Assembly: GCA_044892505.1 (NCBI GenBank)
Contig: CM097883.1
Location: 45,570,001 to 45,634,000, forward strand
DNA: 64,000 nt
Source of the DNA: Schmidtea nova
Lineage: Eukaryota
Direction: 5' to 3'
A program made the position numbers and the translations under genes. The notes beneath the pieces were generated by a model. That model did no database searches. It was not told the origin of the DNA and was given only the letters and a program-made list of their open reading frames with translations. Shown piece after piece: positions 23,773 to 35,216 of the stretch; position 1 is the stretch's first letter, and each line of letters starts with the position of its first letter.

Positions 23773-26700
23773 AAATTACAACTTAACCATTGATAGTTCC
23801 TTTACGTGTAGTAACAACAAGACAAAGTTAGAAGAAATTGTTGCAAAGCTTGCAGCAAAATATGGAATTCCTATACTTACAATATGTAAAAGTGATTTTA
23901 TTCGCCGTAGTCTGAAATCACAAGGATTCAGTTTGCCACAATAACCGTCTGATATAATGGTTTTAGTGGAGGACCATTACAACTTTATTAAAAATGAAAT
24001 TATATCTAAAATTGAAAAAATGAAATCCGAGAACAACAAGTTTGCTATTTCTTTAGATGAGTGGACAAGTTTTCGTAATCGCCACTATTTGAATATTCAT
24101 ATATACTATAATAATAATGAATCCGATAATTTAGGATTACAGCGAAGTGAAGGATCTTGTCCAGCTGATAAAATTTTACAACTAATGGATATGAAACTTA
24201 AAGAGTTCGGACTCGATTTTAACAATGATATTGTTTCAACTACAACTGATGGTGCAAGTGTGATGCGAGAATTTGGTGAACTGTCTGCTGCATATCTCCA
24301 GATGTGTTATAATCATGCTGTCCATTTGGCAGTAATGGAAGTATTTTACACCAAAAAAGCAAGTTTGTTGAATTATTCAGGATCAAATACCAGTGATGAA
24401 TCAAATGAAGAACTTGAAACTGATCATAGTGATAATGTAATAATTCCTGAAGATGTAATAATGAAGCAAAATATCTATAAAACGATTAGAAAAATACGAA
24501 AAGTTGTCCTGTTATTCAAAAGATCGCCTGTCCGAGACAATATTTTGCAAAACTATGTTAAAATAGTTGAGAAAAAAGAATTGCCGCTTCTGTTGCATTG
24601 CCGAACACGATGGAACACCATTGTAGCTATGATAGAAAGGTTTCTGCGCTCAAAGATCCGATATTAAAAGCATTATATGATCTGAACGTGAGTATTCAGT
24701 GGCTAAAAGATGATCAAAATAATGCCTTAAATATATTGGAATGTTTAAATGCATGTAGAATTGCAATATAAGCATTAAGTCGACTTGACGCTAATTTATT
24801 GACAGCAGAGGGTGTGTTAAAGTTTTTATTCGAGACGCTTCCAAAAAATGGTTCATTGTGTTGTAAATATTAAACTCTCATGATCATAAAATCCATAAGG
24901 TATCCCGAAGGTTGTTCGATCTGGCGGGATTTTTGGCCTCTCAGCGCAACAAATTTTTATGTGAGGGCTGATGCGGCGAGTGAATAGGTTCCAATAATGT
25001 GGGAAGGGTGCACATAGAGATCCACGAACTGTGGTCATCACTAATGAGAACGTACCTAGAGATCCATGAGCGGTTGACATGCACATAGAGATTCACAACT
25101 AATATCATCATAGAGAAGTACACATAAAGGTTACTACCAAATAGCAGCGATATCGAGGAAACCATAGGCCATTGTAATCATAGATAAGGTAACCTTACGT
25201 CAACATCAGAGAGTAATGAAACAGGCGCATCAGGGCGATGAAGCACTAGCATGGATATAAATAACTACCACAAATGGTAGCGAGAGAGCAGATAGAATAG
25301 CTGTCAGAATAAAGCGTGATAGTTTACGACCCAGACCCCAGCCAAATCCGATTCACAGCATGATGTGAAAATAAACTATAGACGTCGATAATAAGTAGAT
25401 GATGTAAAATAATTCCAATTTGTGATTAGCGTGGTCAGTGTAATGCCGATGTTGATATCATTTACCAAGGCGTAAGTCATTAATATGCGATCACTGGAGG
25501 ATGGTAGGCCGTATTATAAGCCTGAACCGTTGGTCGTACAATAATCAAAAAAACAACCGTATAAAAAATCGTTACGACAAGAGTAAATTTTCAGAATGCA
25601 TGAATAGGAATGAATGTTTAACAGACAGGGAGAGTGAGAGTATGATAAGGATTGTTTGAGAGAATGATGAATGCAGGATTACAATATGTTTAATGACCTA
25701 TTTGCCTCACAGAATATGCGAAGACAGATACAATGGAGTTATCAGTGTCAACAGAGGAAGTGGAAAACCGCTGAAACAACAACCTTCACTGAAAGTCCAG
25801 CATCGATACAGAAGACTGCCGAACGACATGCGTATCTGGAGGCGCAGGCATGTAAGTCTGCTAACAAGGCTAAACTCGACAGTATATCATTATCGCGTCA
25901 GATGGGAGGGTGAACCCTCCTGGCCGAGACCAATATCCGATGAAGCCTGCGAGCATTCACTAGAGTTCATGGAACAACAGTTAAAACCGCTAATACGGCA
26001 TTTTCAGCCGTTGGGCAGCGTCCACCAATATATCAAGTGGAACGCAGACGGAGTTAAGTTTTACCCCTGTTGAGGAAATTCCAAACATAATCTCCAAGTC
26101 GGAAGGATTGATGCGTACGAAGCGAAGGAATCGATTAGGTGCGAAAAGACGTCGCGAGAGGAGAGCCTATGCTGAAAGAATAGGAATCGAGGTAGATTTT
26201 CTAAGAGGGCTAACCGAAAAGCAGTTGTTGGAGGTCATTAACACAGATGTTTTGATGAGTTAAATAAATGTTTTAGGGTTAAAGTGTAGTCTTAGAATTG
26301 TATGTAGAATGCATGGAGGATTTCATGAATAAAAGAATAATTAAATAAACACAATTCATTTGAAGGCCAGGGATCGAATAAAAATAAATGACCCTAGACA
26401 TAGATGAAAGGTGTATGAATAAATTGGGACCGTAACAAATTCACATAGATCTTCTAACGATAGTGGTGGACCCGTGAATAAATGAAGGAATAGTAGCCGC
26501 AAGGTTGCTCACCTGCCTCATCATTTCACAACGTTGATACAGTATTAACATGATGAGTAGTTAGGGACACATCATGGGTATCAGTGGGGTAAGCGTGTTT
26601 ATGTTGGCGATATTACCCTGACTTTAACATCAAATAGAATCTCAGTTGAAAATCATACCAACAAACCAGAACTAGTATCTTTACTAAAGTCTCTTCAAGA

Positions 26701-27365
26701 TCCTGAAAGTTTAAAGAAAATTGAAGAAAATGAATAGGTAATGAATAGGTTATTTAATAATAATTTGAATACTACAGTTCCATATATTTCAAAACAAGCT
26801 TCTCAGATTGATGACGATATTGAAATTCAAAATGGATCTAGTTTGGCTCAACAATTAGAGGAATCGATTAGGGAAAGCTTTGTAGCTACTACTTTAAAAG
26901 TGATTGAGGATGATTTTAGTTCCTTATCGAAGGAAATAAATATTTTTGCAGCAACAGGAAAAATAACGGCTAATTTACAAATGCTGAAAAATGCACTATT
27001 TTGTATCAGACACACATCAACACAAAATGAAAGGAATTTCTCTATTTTAGGAATTTTCGTTTCAAAGTATAGAACACGTTTAGCTGATATTTCAATTAAC
27101 AATTTGTGTATATTAAAAAGTTATTTTAATAAAAATGTTATAGAATAAGAAATATGTAATTAGGAATATATAAAGAAACCAATGTTTTTCGTTCTAATTT
27201 TCTTAAATTTTTTCTGCTTCTATTAATTTTTTTTGGAATCCCGAATCTCGGGATCCTCGAGATTTTCAAAACGGGATTCCTGAATCTCGAGAAAAAAAAT
27301 AATGGTTAATTCGGGAATTCCCGAATCTCGAGAATGAAAAAAAGCTCGGGAAATCACAATCACTA
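23773..27365 (+). mobile_element. hAT DNA transposon, decayed, 5'-truncated, interrupted by unit B
   Basis: LDEWTS, TTDGASVM, CYNHAVHLAV, RTRWNT and C-terminal TSTQNERNFS (26741..27148); subterminal cgggattcccgaatctcg repeats 27236-27350 and an end ...cacta at 27365. Confidence 0.88.
24859..26663 (+). mobile_element. Internally deleted solo-LTR-like unit B
   Basis: TGTTG...CAACA ends; structured motif 24905-24980; RWEG fragment (25693..26073); ORF2 C-terminus RNRLGAKRRRERRAYAERIGIEVD (26102-26263); 3' structured motif 26461-26620 homologous to 33985-34143. Confidence 0.75.
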
Positions 27366-29599
27366 GTTGAGATATTTGATGTTATTGTTGGAATGAGTGC
27401 ATAACTTCGGTAGTTGTCGGAGAGGCTGATAGCAATGAGCACGGAGTAGCAACAGAGAATATCGACATTGCTACGGTAAGTTGTCGACTAATTGTGTATT
27501 GTTGGTTCTGATTATGATTGGAATGTGCCACGGCAACTGGGTTTATGATATGGGCTGAAGTGTTACTTCTGTTAACGGGAAATGAAACCGATAATAATTA
27601 AGAATGATTCTGATTGTCCGATGAAATGAGCGTAAATTGTGATTGAATAGAATGATGTTGAGGCAAGTACACTCCGTGATTGTGAATAATGCTGGTGTAA
27701 ATGACTTGTTGCGGCTGTGGATGAATCTGATTGAGCATATTATGTTCGTGAGCTACTGAACTGAGAATAAAATCGTGTAAAAATTTGTCGTTTCTGACAC
27801 TAATTTCGTTGCTAATACCCTTAAAAGGTTTCTTCTTGTGCTCTTTTTAAACTGCTTCTTTCTTCGTGTTTATATAAACAACTACTTTTAATACTTTTTC
27901 CTCTAAATGATTTTGATATGTTATTATTATTTTGTTAATTAATTTAAGCACTTATTTTATTTTTCATTAAAAAAATTTAAATAATGTCATTTTCAAAAAC
28001 TGAAACGAAATATATTTCTTACCCTATCTTGATTTTTATTGATTTTTACCAAAAGTTTACAAAACAGATTACAAAAGAACTCAATATGGAAAAATGTAAT
28101 TTATACTTTTTTATAATCTAATTTTTTTAAGTGCAAAGATAAAAATGTTGGTTGGATAAAACATGGACGTAAAAGTAAATTATTATTAAAACTTACCGAA
28201 CTTTCTGGAATTTATGGTATCAGTGAAATTGTTAATATCTCTGAAAATGATGTTGAAACATGCAGTTGGACTTAAAATCTGAAAATTTAACTATGAAGTT
28301 AAATTAAAGACCAAAAGTAATAGTTTTAAATCAAATTTTGCTGAAATTTTTAATAAAATTATATAAAATAATTATTATTTTAATATAACTGAATGAAAAT
28401 TGGGCAGTAGTTTGCAGTTTAAAATGATATTTTATAAAAATAAATAATAATTGTTTTAAAATAGTATTTTAATTTATCTTGTTTTTAAACTTTGTTATTT
28501 AGAAATTGTATTTGTAAATTTGATAATAAATTTTTGAGCTTTTGTATTTAATCAAATTTAAATCATTGATATTGTTTATTATAAAATAAATAAAGCAATT
28601 TTTGAAAAAAACTAAATTAAACTTAAAAAATTAAATTTCCTTTGATAATTGAGTAAAAAAATGAAACAATCTTAAATTATAAAACATTTAAAAATTATTA
28701 TGCATTAAGAAAAAATGTACTGTCATAATTAAAAATTTTTTGTTACTTGCACAAAGTCCTTCAAATGAAGGTAATAATTTGACAATGATGTCAAGATATT
28801 TTTTAAGAATTTTTAGTAATATCTTGCTTATTTGATCTAATGGTGAATGTAACTGTAATGTTGTTTTTGATCTTACTTTATATAAATATTATATTTGAAT
28901 ATAACATTTATTTTAAAGTAAAAATTTATATTATTGAAATAATTTTTGTATATCTAAATTAAATAAAATTTGTTTTTTATTTCTGTTCGAAACCAGTCTG
29001 GAAAAATGTATGAAATCACATAAAGTGTGACGTTTCGATTTGCATAATTTTAATTTGCGTCAATCTTTCTTAAGACCAATTTCAACTCAAATCGAGACAA
29101 TTTTTCTGTTAAAATAACAAAATATTCGAACATATTTTAATTAACAAAAAAGCAGTAGTAATTAAAATTCAACATAAAATTATGATTCAAATATTCATTA
29201 AACAATTTTCAATGCTTACATTGATTTTGACTTTAATATTCAGTAACTAATTTCAGGCTGAAAAAAGCGTTACATAACAATACAAAGACTTATGTTTGAA
29301 AATATATAATATATGTATGTGTTAAAACAAATGTTTAACCAAAATAAATTGTAATTTATAAGTTTGCCTTTTTCAAATTTTAATAAATTTCATCGAAATC
29401 AAAAATTTTAAAAATAATATATTAAAAATATTTAGAAAACAGTATTGTTGGTAAAGTAAAAATGAAGAAAAAATAAAATTAAATTAAAGATAAAAATATA
29501 CAAAGCTTAGGCTTATTACTTATTTTTGGAACCTTGGTGGTTTTATAAATAATCTATATAATTCTTTTGTAATTTCTTCGACCATTTACAAGCAACATA

Positions 29600-30100
29600 A
29601 AGTTAAGTTCCCTTCCTTTAGCAGTAGTTACTAGGCAACTTTAAAACTACACCAAGAGGTTAAGTCTATTTGTGAAAGAGCTACGACTCCTTGGCTTCTA
29701 ATATTCAGGTCATTCATTGCGTTCAGGTCCCCCAATAAAAGGTTTTGGTAGTCTTTATCTTTAAACGTCTTTTCACATTGATACTATAATTTTATTCCTT
29801 TTTTTAAACTCTCTTTATCCAATTTAACTTCTTAATATGCTCTTCGTACTGGTGGGTTACTACTCAGCAACGTGTTGACTTTATTTGAATATAATGTTCG
29901 GTATGAACCTTTTCTCTGACTCCGAGCGCTCTTTAAATAATCAATGAACTAATTCAACACAGAAAAGATCTTTATTGACACTTAAACTTTACATTACAAT
30001 TTACAATTCACTTTATTGTACGGCAGAGATCCCAATGAGAAACTGCCTCAAGTGCTAAAATATTTATTCTTACAAACGAACTTTCAAATCCTTGCACGAG
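29600..30100 (-). pseudogene. Possible heavily decayed LINE AP-endonuclease remnant
   Basis: Fragments RLPKPFIGDLNA and SQIDLT resemble APE motifs LPKPFILLGDFNA and S.IDL; many stops. Confidence 0.3.
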
Positions 30101-30912
30101 TCTGCTTGATTTATTCAACTAGTTATTCTTTCTCTCAAAGTTCATTTGGCTTTGTTTGATTATTATTTTAATCACTTTTGCTTTGGAACCTCGTGGCGGC
30201 ATTTCTGAGTTGAGATCTCTTTATATAGGAGATCTCTCCTCAGCTGTTAATTTGATTTGGTTCACAAATTTTGATTAGTTTTGATTAGGTTCCTCGGGAA
30301 CTAATGGTGTTTGAAACTCTGCCGCTTCCGCCGTTCCCTTGGAAAATTGTAAGTTTAATTCAAACATCGAAGACTCCGTAATAATATTTGAATTTTTTTG
30401 GTAGATTTTTTCCCTTATTTAATAATTAAATTGATTTGTTTATCTGTATTTTAGTTAATTATTTGATTTTTATTTTCTTAATAACTTTTCCTAAAGGCCC
30501 CAAATACATTTTATATTATTATTTTTAGCCTCGGCATATACCTATGTCCCCCGGGAAATATTGATTTATAATTTTAACTATTCTTTTATTAAATTGATTT
30601 ATCTTTCGATTTCGTGCGAATTTATTATAATTTTCCTTTACATTGTGTAACCTCAACATGTCTTCTCGTTTAATTTAGATTCNNNNNNNNNNNNNNNNNN
30701 NNNNNNNNNNNNNNNNNNNNNNNNNNNNNNNNNNNNNNNNNNNNNNNNNNNNNNNNNNNNNNNNNNNNNNNNNNNNNNNNNNNNNNNNNNNNNNNNNNNN
30801 NNNNNNNNNNNNNNNNNNNNNNNNNNNNNNNNNNNNNNNNNNNNNNNNNNNNNNNNNNNNNNNNNNNNNNNNNNNNNNNNNNNNNNNNNNNNNNNNNNNN
30901 NNNNNNNNNNNN

Positions 30913-31200
30913 GCAGCATCTGAAAATAATGTACAATCAATAAAATAAATTAAATACAGAATAACAACAAAATAAATTACCAACACCAAAGCGTAACAAA
31001 ATAGGCGGCAACATCTAAAAGAAATAACATATTAATCAAAACAACAAAAATCTTCAAAACTCACTCATGCGAAGCAGATAAAATCTGAATATGACAGCGC
31101 GTGGGCGGATGTCACCAAAGAGCTAAAACAAAATAGAATAAAAATTAAATCACACAAAAATAAACTTACCGCATGATTAACCAAACAAATCGGCGAGTTA
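30913..31200 (-). other. 5' exons of the divergent spliced gene (homologous to 12230-12540)
   Basis: GT..AG introns 31123-31169, 31015-31064 and 30920-30980; ATG in exon 3; phase-1 G|AT junction as in copy A; continues into the gap. Confidence 0.6.
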
Positions 31201-31266
31201 AGTTAGGCAGCAAAAAGCCGACAACATGAAAAAAATGAAGCAAACATACACACATACTCGATGCTG

Positions 31267-31403
31267 ATTGGCTAACCAACAACACCGGTTGAGTATAAAT
31301 ACTGAAGTCAAATCAGTATTTAAAAATGTCATTTTTACCAAGTGTAACTTGCAGTTGAGCACTGAGAACATTGTAAATCCAACTTGAAGGAAAAATAAAA
31401 GGT
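31267..31403 (+). promoter_or_regulatory. CCAAT-TATA promoter, non-coding first exon and splice donor
   Basis: ATTGG 31267, TATAAATA 31294-31301, Inr-like TCAGT/TCATT, AAAAG|GT at 31402; same order in unit A on the minus strand. Confidence 0.6.
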
Positions 31404-32452
31404 AATTGTTGTGTGTTAGATTTTTACTTTAAACCCTCATAATTATTTGTAACCATATTAAAATCAATAAGGTTTTCCGGAGGCCTAACAGCCTGACGGA
31501 TACTTGGGGCCTCTCAGCGCAACACAATCTTTCGGTTGTGAGGTGCTGATGCGGCGGGACCATAGGTGTATTAAATATTTGGAAAGCGGAAGGGGTTAAA
31601 TGCACATAGGGTATCGAGTAAGACCTAATGATCATGAACGAAATCAAGGTAGAGATGATCTAATATAAACGTTATGCATCACGATGATAGGGTATCGAGT
31701 ATAAACTAGTAGTCGTAAACGAGCGTAAAGTGAAGCCCGTTTTGTAGGAAGGATATATATCGTGGCGAAGTCTAGACGAGGGATAGACGTGTAGTGAATA
31801 ATATTAGGGTAGATGAATTAGGTGACGACGAGGGTAGGTATATGTCAACATTAGCGCGTACGAGTTCGGGCATAGTGAACCTAGTATCAAGGGTTAAGGA
31901 TAATCGATAACCTCTGTCAGCTGTGCTTAGTCGCCAGGAGAGATGATAAATAAGTCACAGGCATCGAGAACTGATAAAATGATGAACCCCAGTGAGTAAG
32001 GACCACAGGAACTTACGAGAATTACCCGACATGGTATGATCATTGCTGGTTAGATGAGGAAGTGATTGAGAACGACTGATGAGATTGAATGTAATAAATA
32101 GTATTATCAATAAATAAAAACGGTTGTAGTTGAGTGGTTGAACCTGATTGATGAAAATTAAGTATAATAGTGATATGATAATAAATGCACCAAATCGTGC
32201 GTAGCTGAATCGTTGAAATAAACAGCGGAGTACACTAGCATCAAGCTATCATCTAACACGACCCACATTAAGTCACCAACAATGATCCGGCAAAAATACA
32301 GAATGTACCACTCAGACCTACAAAATTTCGTAAATAATACGGGTGGGACGACTAATATAAATAGGTCCGTTCTACCAAAGAATCCGTAGAGTAAAACAAC
32401 CATTTTCTTTAGGAATACTATGGTGAAACTGGAGAGTTAACAAAAGAAGTCG

Positions 32453-33055
32453 ATGGTCGCGTGCACTATAAAGCTAGAGGATACCATCATTCGTAGGAAA
32501 CGGCGCACCCGTTCCGTCCTCAGACCAAAGGCGAACCCGAATATCAGAGGAGAGAGCGAAGCACCCCGAAAAGTTGTCGAAGTATCACGTCGCCACTTAC
32601 GACGATGGATGAGGGCCCATATGAGTTCAGCCGCTAGCACCCCAGCTTGCGCATTTGATCTACAGTTGCGGTGGGAAGGAGATACCGATTGGGTACCCTC
32701 CTCGGATCGTATCAAGCCGGAAAATACCCGATGGTTTTATCAATTCCTAGATGAGTTAAAGCAACCCCGCTGGCTACTGAGTACCGGAATGATGTCCGGA
32801 AAAGAGCTACATCAACTCGGATACATGCTGCTAGACAGGCCTCGGTGTGGCGACACTGGGGAAGTCTTCGCCTACTCAAACGCGCCAGGAAGCGTGTCAT
32901 TAGATCAATACCCCGAGCCCAAGGATCTACGCCTCTGGGAGGTATTTATCTTTCGAGACAAGTTAAGTTGGAGCCCCGCCCCGGAGCTATACTATGAAAG
33001 TGGAATCCGTCGTGACGAGAACACGGCCGACCAGGAATTACGACCCTTCATCTAA
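32453..33055 (+). CDS. Uncharacterised LTR-encoded 'RWEG' protein
   Basis: 200-aa ORF with three diverged paralogues in the window; in-frame ATG at 32420, just after the acceptor ttttctttag (32412), is cut off by TAA 32438. Confidence 0.75.
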   Translation: MVACTIKLEDTIIRRKRRTRSVLRPKANPNIRGESEAPRKVVEVSRRHLRRWMRAHMSSAASTPACAFDLQLRWEGDTDWVPSSDRIKPENTRWFYQFLDELKQPRWLLSTGMMSGKELHQLGYMLLDRPRCGDTGEVFAYSNAPGSVSLDQYPEPKDLRLWEVFIFRDKLSWSPAPELYYESGIRRDENTADQELRPFI

Positions 33056-33246
33056 ATCGCAAGGAAACCGATCCACCGAAGGAATATTTGATGTGTATTA
33101 AAAATAAATGTATTAATTTTTGGGTTTTGTTATGTCTTTGAATGTATGAAGCGATCTGAGAGTAAAACACCTGTTTGATAATAAAGATAGTGACTGGGAG
33201 AACAGACAAACCATACATAACCCGATTAATGATACATTTTACAGAG

Positions 33247-33810
33247 ATGAGTGAACATCCAACTAGGAACTACAAACAAGAGGCAAAAGAGCATAAAGCA
33301 CGATCGCGAGTCCTAGAAAACCGCTTGCGGCAGCTAAACGAAGAGCACCAGCGAATTAAAGCCACGTGGTTCAACCCAGAGAGGGTTAAAACCATCCTGC
33401 AAGCCAGATACAGGGCAGAACGAACAATCGACGAGCAAGCTAGGGAGGTCGCCGCACTAAAGATGGAGCTGTCGAATTACTTGAGGGCATCAACCCAGGA
33501 GTTCATCACCGAGCAATTACGCCCAGTGATCAGGGCTAGCACCTTTAATCGGTGGGTGGACACAATATCGATGACAACAAGTACCCAAACGGAAATAGAA
33601 ACCATCCCGATCACAACTACCACAATATCCCCAATAATTCTGGAAGGCTCGAAACGAACAAAAAGACGGAATCGCTTGGGAGCGAAAAAGCGTAGGGAGA
33701 GACGCGCATATGCAGATCGCGTCGGAATAGAGGTAGACTTGCTCAGTGGTCTATCCGAGCAAGAACTACTAAATGTAATCCGACCCTCTGTATTGTTAAA
33801 CTATAAATAA
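33247..33810 (+). CDS. LTR-encoded coiled-coil protein with basic C-terminal (NLS/RNA-binding-like) segment
   Basis: ATG follows the acceptor ttttacag (33244); KRTKRRNRLGAKKRRERR; homologous remnants in units B and D. Confidence 0.7.
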   Translation: MSEHPTRNYKQEAKEHKARSRVLENRLRQLNEEHQRIKATWFNPERVKTILQARYRAERTIDEQAREVAALKMELSNYLRASTQEFITEQLRPVIRASTFNRWVDTISMTTSTQTEIETIPITTTTISPIILEGSKRTKRRNRLGAKKRRERRAYADRVGIEVDLLSGLSEQELLNVIRPSVLLNYK

Positions 33811-34202
33811 ATGTATAAAATGAATGAGTTGACTTGTCTTGTTTGTTTGTGGAATGTCTGAGAATCAAATATAATAAAAACCCGGATTCATTTGAAGCTG
33901 CAGATATCTAACAATTAACTTACCCTAGGACACTAGAAAGGAGCTTAAGTGGGACCGAAAGAAAGCCACAGACACCTTCTATCGGTAGTGGTGGACCCGT
34001 GAATAAACAAGGGAATAGTAGCCGAAAGGTTGCTCACCTGCCTTGTCATTTCACAACGTTGACACAGCACCAACATGATGAGTAGTTAGGGATACATCAT
34101 GGGTGTCAGCGGGGGAAATGTTTTTATGTTGGCGAGATCACCCTAACGTATAAAATCATAAGGATCTCAGTTGTCAATCCAACCAACACACCAGCATAAA
34201 TT

Positions 34203-34220
34203 TGGGGGCTCAGCCGGGAT
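34203..34220 (+). promoter_or_regulatory. Primer-binding site, tRNA-Pro
   Basis: TGGGGGCTCAGCCGGGAT vs MLV-type tRNA-Pro PBS TGGGGGCTCGTCCGGGAT (16/18), directly after the LTR end. Confidence 0.85.
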
Positions 34221-34757
34221 TAAATCGATTGTTGTGGGAAAAAATGAATTCGATATCGGCGGACAGTTTAGAGCGCCTGAACCGGGATGAATTGAATTTA
34301 GCGAGGAAAGGTAAAGTAAATAATAACAGAGGGTTTAAGTGTCCTGAAGCAAGAATGAATCGGGTTGAAAAATAATAAATAAAAGTATGAGTGTAAGATA
34401 ATGAGATTGATGAACGTGATGAAAGTATGCATGAGAATGAAAGTATGAATGATAATGGAATGGAAGTATGAGGACGAATGAAGTATGATGAATAGTACGT
34501 GGAATAACAGTATGAAAAGCAAGGAAAGGTACGAATGACGTAATGTAAAAGTATGTGGGAAGGTGTGCATGAAAATGGTATGAGTGTGAGCAACTAGCAA
34601 TGATCATGTCGGGGCGACATTCAAGAACACGGGGGGATATACACGCAGTGACGCAAAACAGAACAACAGAAAGCGAACAGTAGGGCTACCATAGAATAGG
34701 AATGATAAATAAATAAATAAAAATCGATAACAAAATTAATGAGAATTCGTTCAGGGG

Positions 34758-35216
34758 ATGGAGAACAAAATAAAAGAAATGCAAACGTTTTTCGAGACAA
34801 ACAACGAAACAGTGGAGACCATAACGAGAAAGTTAAAACGACTCGAGGTAGGAGGATACCACGAACCGACAAACAACACAGAAAGAGCTGAAATGATAAT
34901 GAGCATAAACGAGAATAAGAACACAGTGGATACAGCAACACGATATCAGTGGTATAGAGAAAGATTAAACAACCCTGAGATGAATATCGAGTGCCACAGG
35001 CTAGAGCAACAGTTAACAACAAAACACGATGAGTGGATAAGAATAACAACAGAACATACGAGACAATATCTGACGTGTTATATCTGTGAAATGAACAAAA
35101 TACAGATAATGTTGTTGCCATGTGGGCATTTTCGATTCTGTAATGACTGTAAAATAAATGAACGATGTCCTATGTGCAACCTTCCCGTATCCGAGAAAAT
35201 AACAGTGTACTTGTAA
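34758..35216 (+). CDS. Coiled-coil + C-terminal IAP/MDM2-type RING E3 ligase-like protein
   Basis: CYICEMNKIQIMLLPCGHFRFCNDC....CPMC....I.VYL* at the extreme C-terminus. Confidence 0.8.
   Translation: MENKIKEMQTFFETNNETVETITRKLKRLEVGGYHEPTNNTERAEMIMSINENKNTVDTATRYQWYRERLNNPEMNIECHRLEQQLTTKHDEWIRITTEHTRQYLTCYICEMNKIQIMLLPCGHFRFCNDCKINERCPMCNLPVSEKITVYL

Larger units (their letters stand above)
30913..34196 (+). repeat. 5' LTR-like unit (>=2.8 kb; starts at 31407 or further upstream)
   Basis: Ends CA six bases before the PBS; imperfect inverted ends TGTTGTGTGTTAG (31407) / CCAACACACCAGCA; homology to unit A continues upstream to the gap. Confidence 0.7.

Noticed and set aside
27370-27830. Minus-strand S/H/Q-rich reading frame resembling a transcription-factor fragment
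   Set aside because: Several stops and no recognisable domain.
30653-30989. ORFs with poly-X (also 56824-57841 and 59715-60031)
   Set aside because: Artefacts of N-gaps.
31381-31406. Purine run gaaggaaaaataaaagg as a PPT, implying a tandem element sharing the LTR
   Set aside because: Not excluded, but it is equally explained as the end of exon 1 before a conserved GT donor with CCAAT/TATA upstream, so it is not called as a feature.
34018-34033. GNRA hairpin as group II intron domain V
   Set aside because: No AGC/CGC catalytic triad with AY bulge and no intron context.
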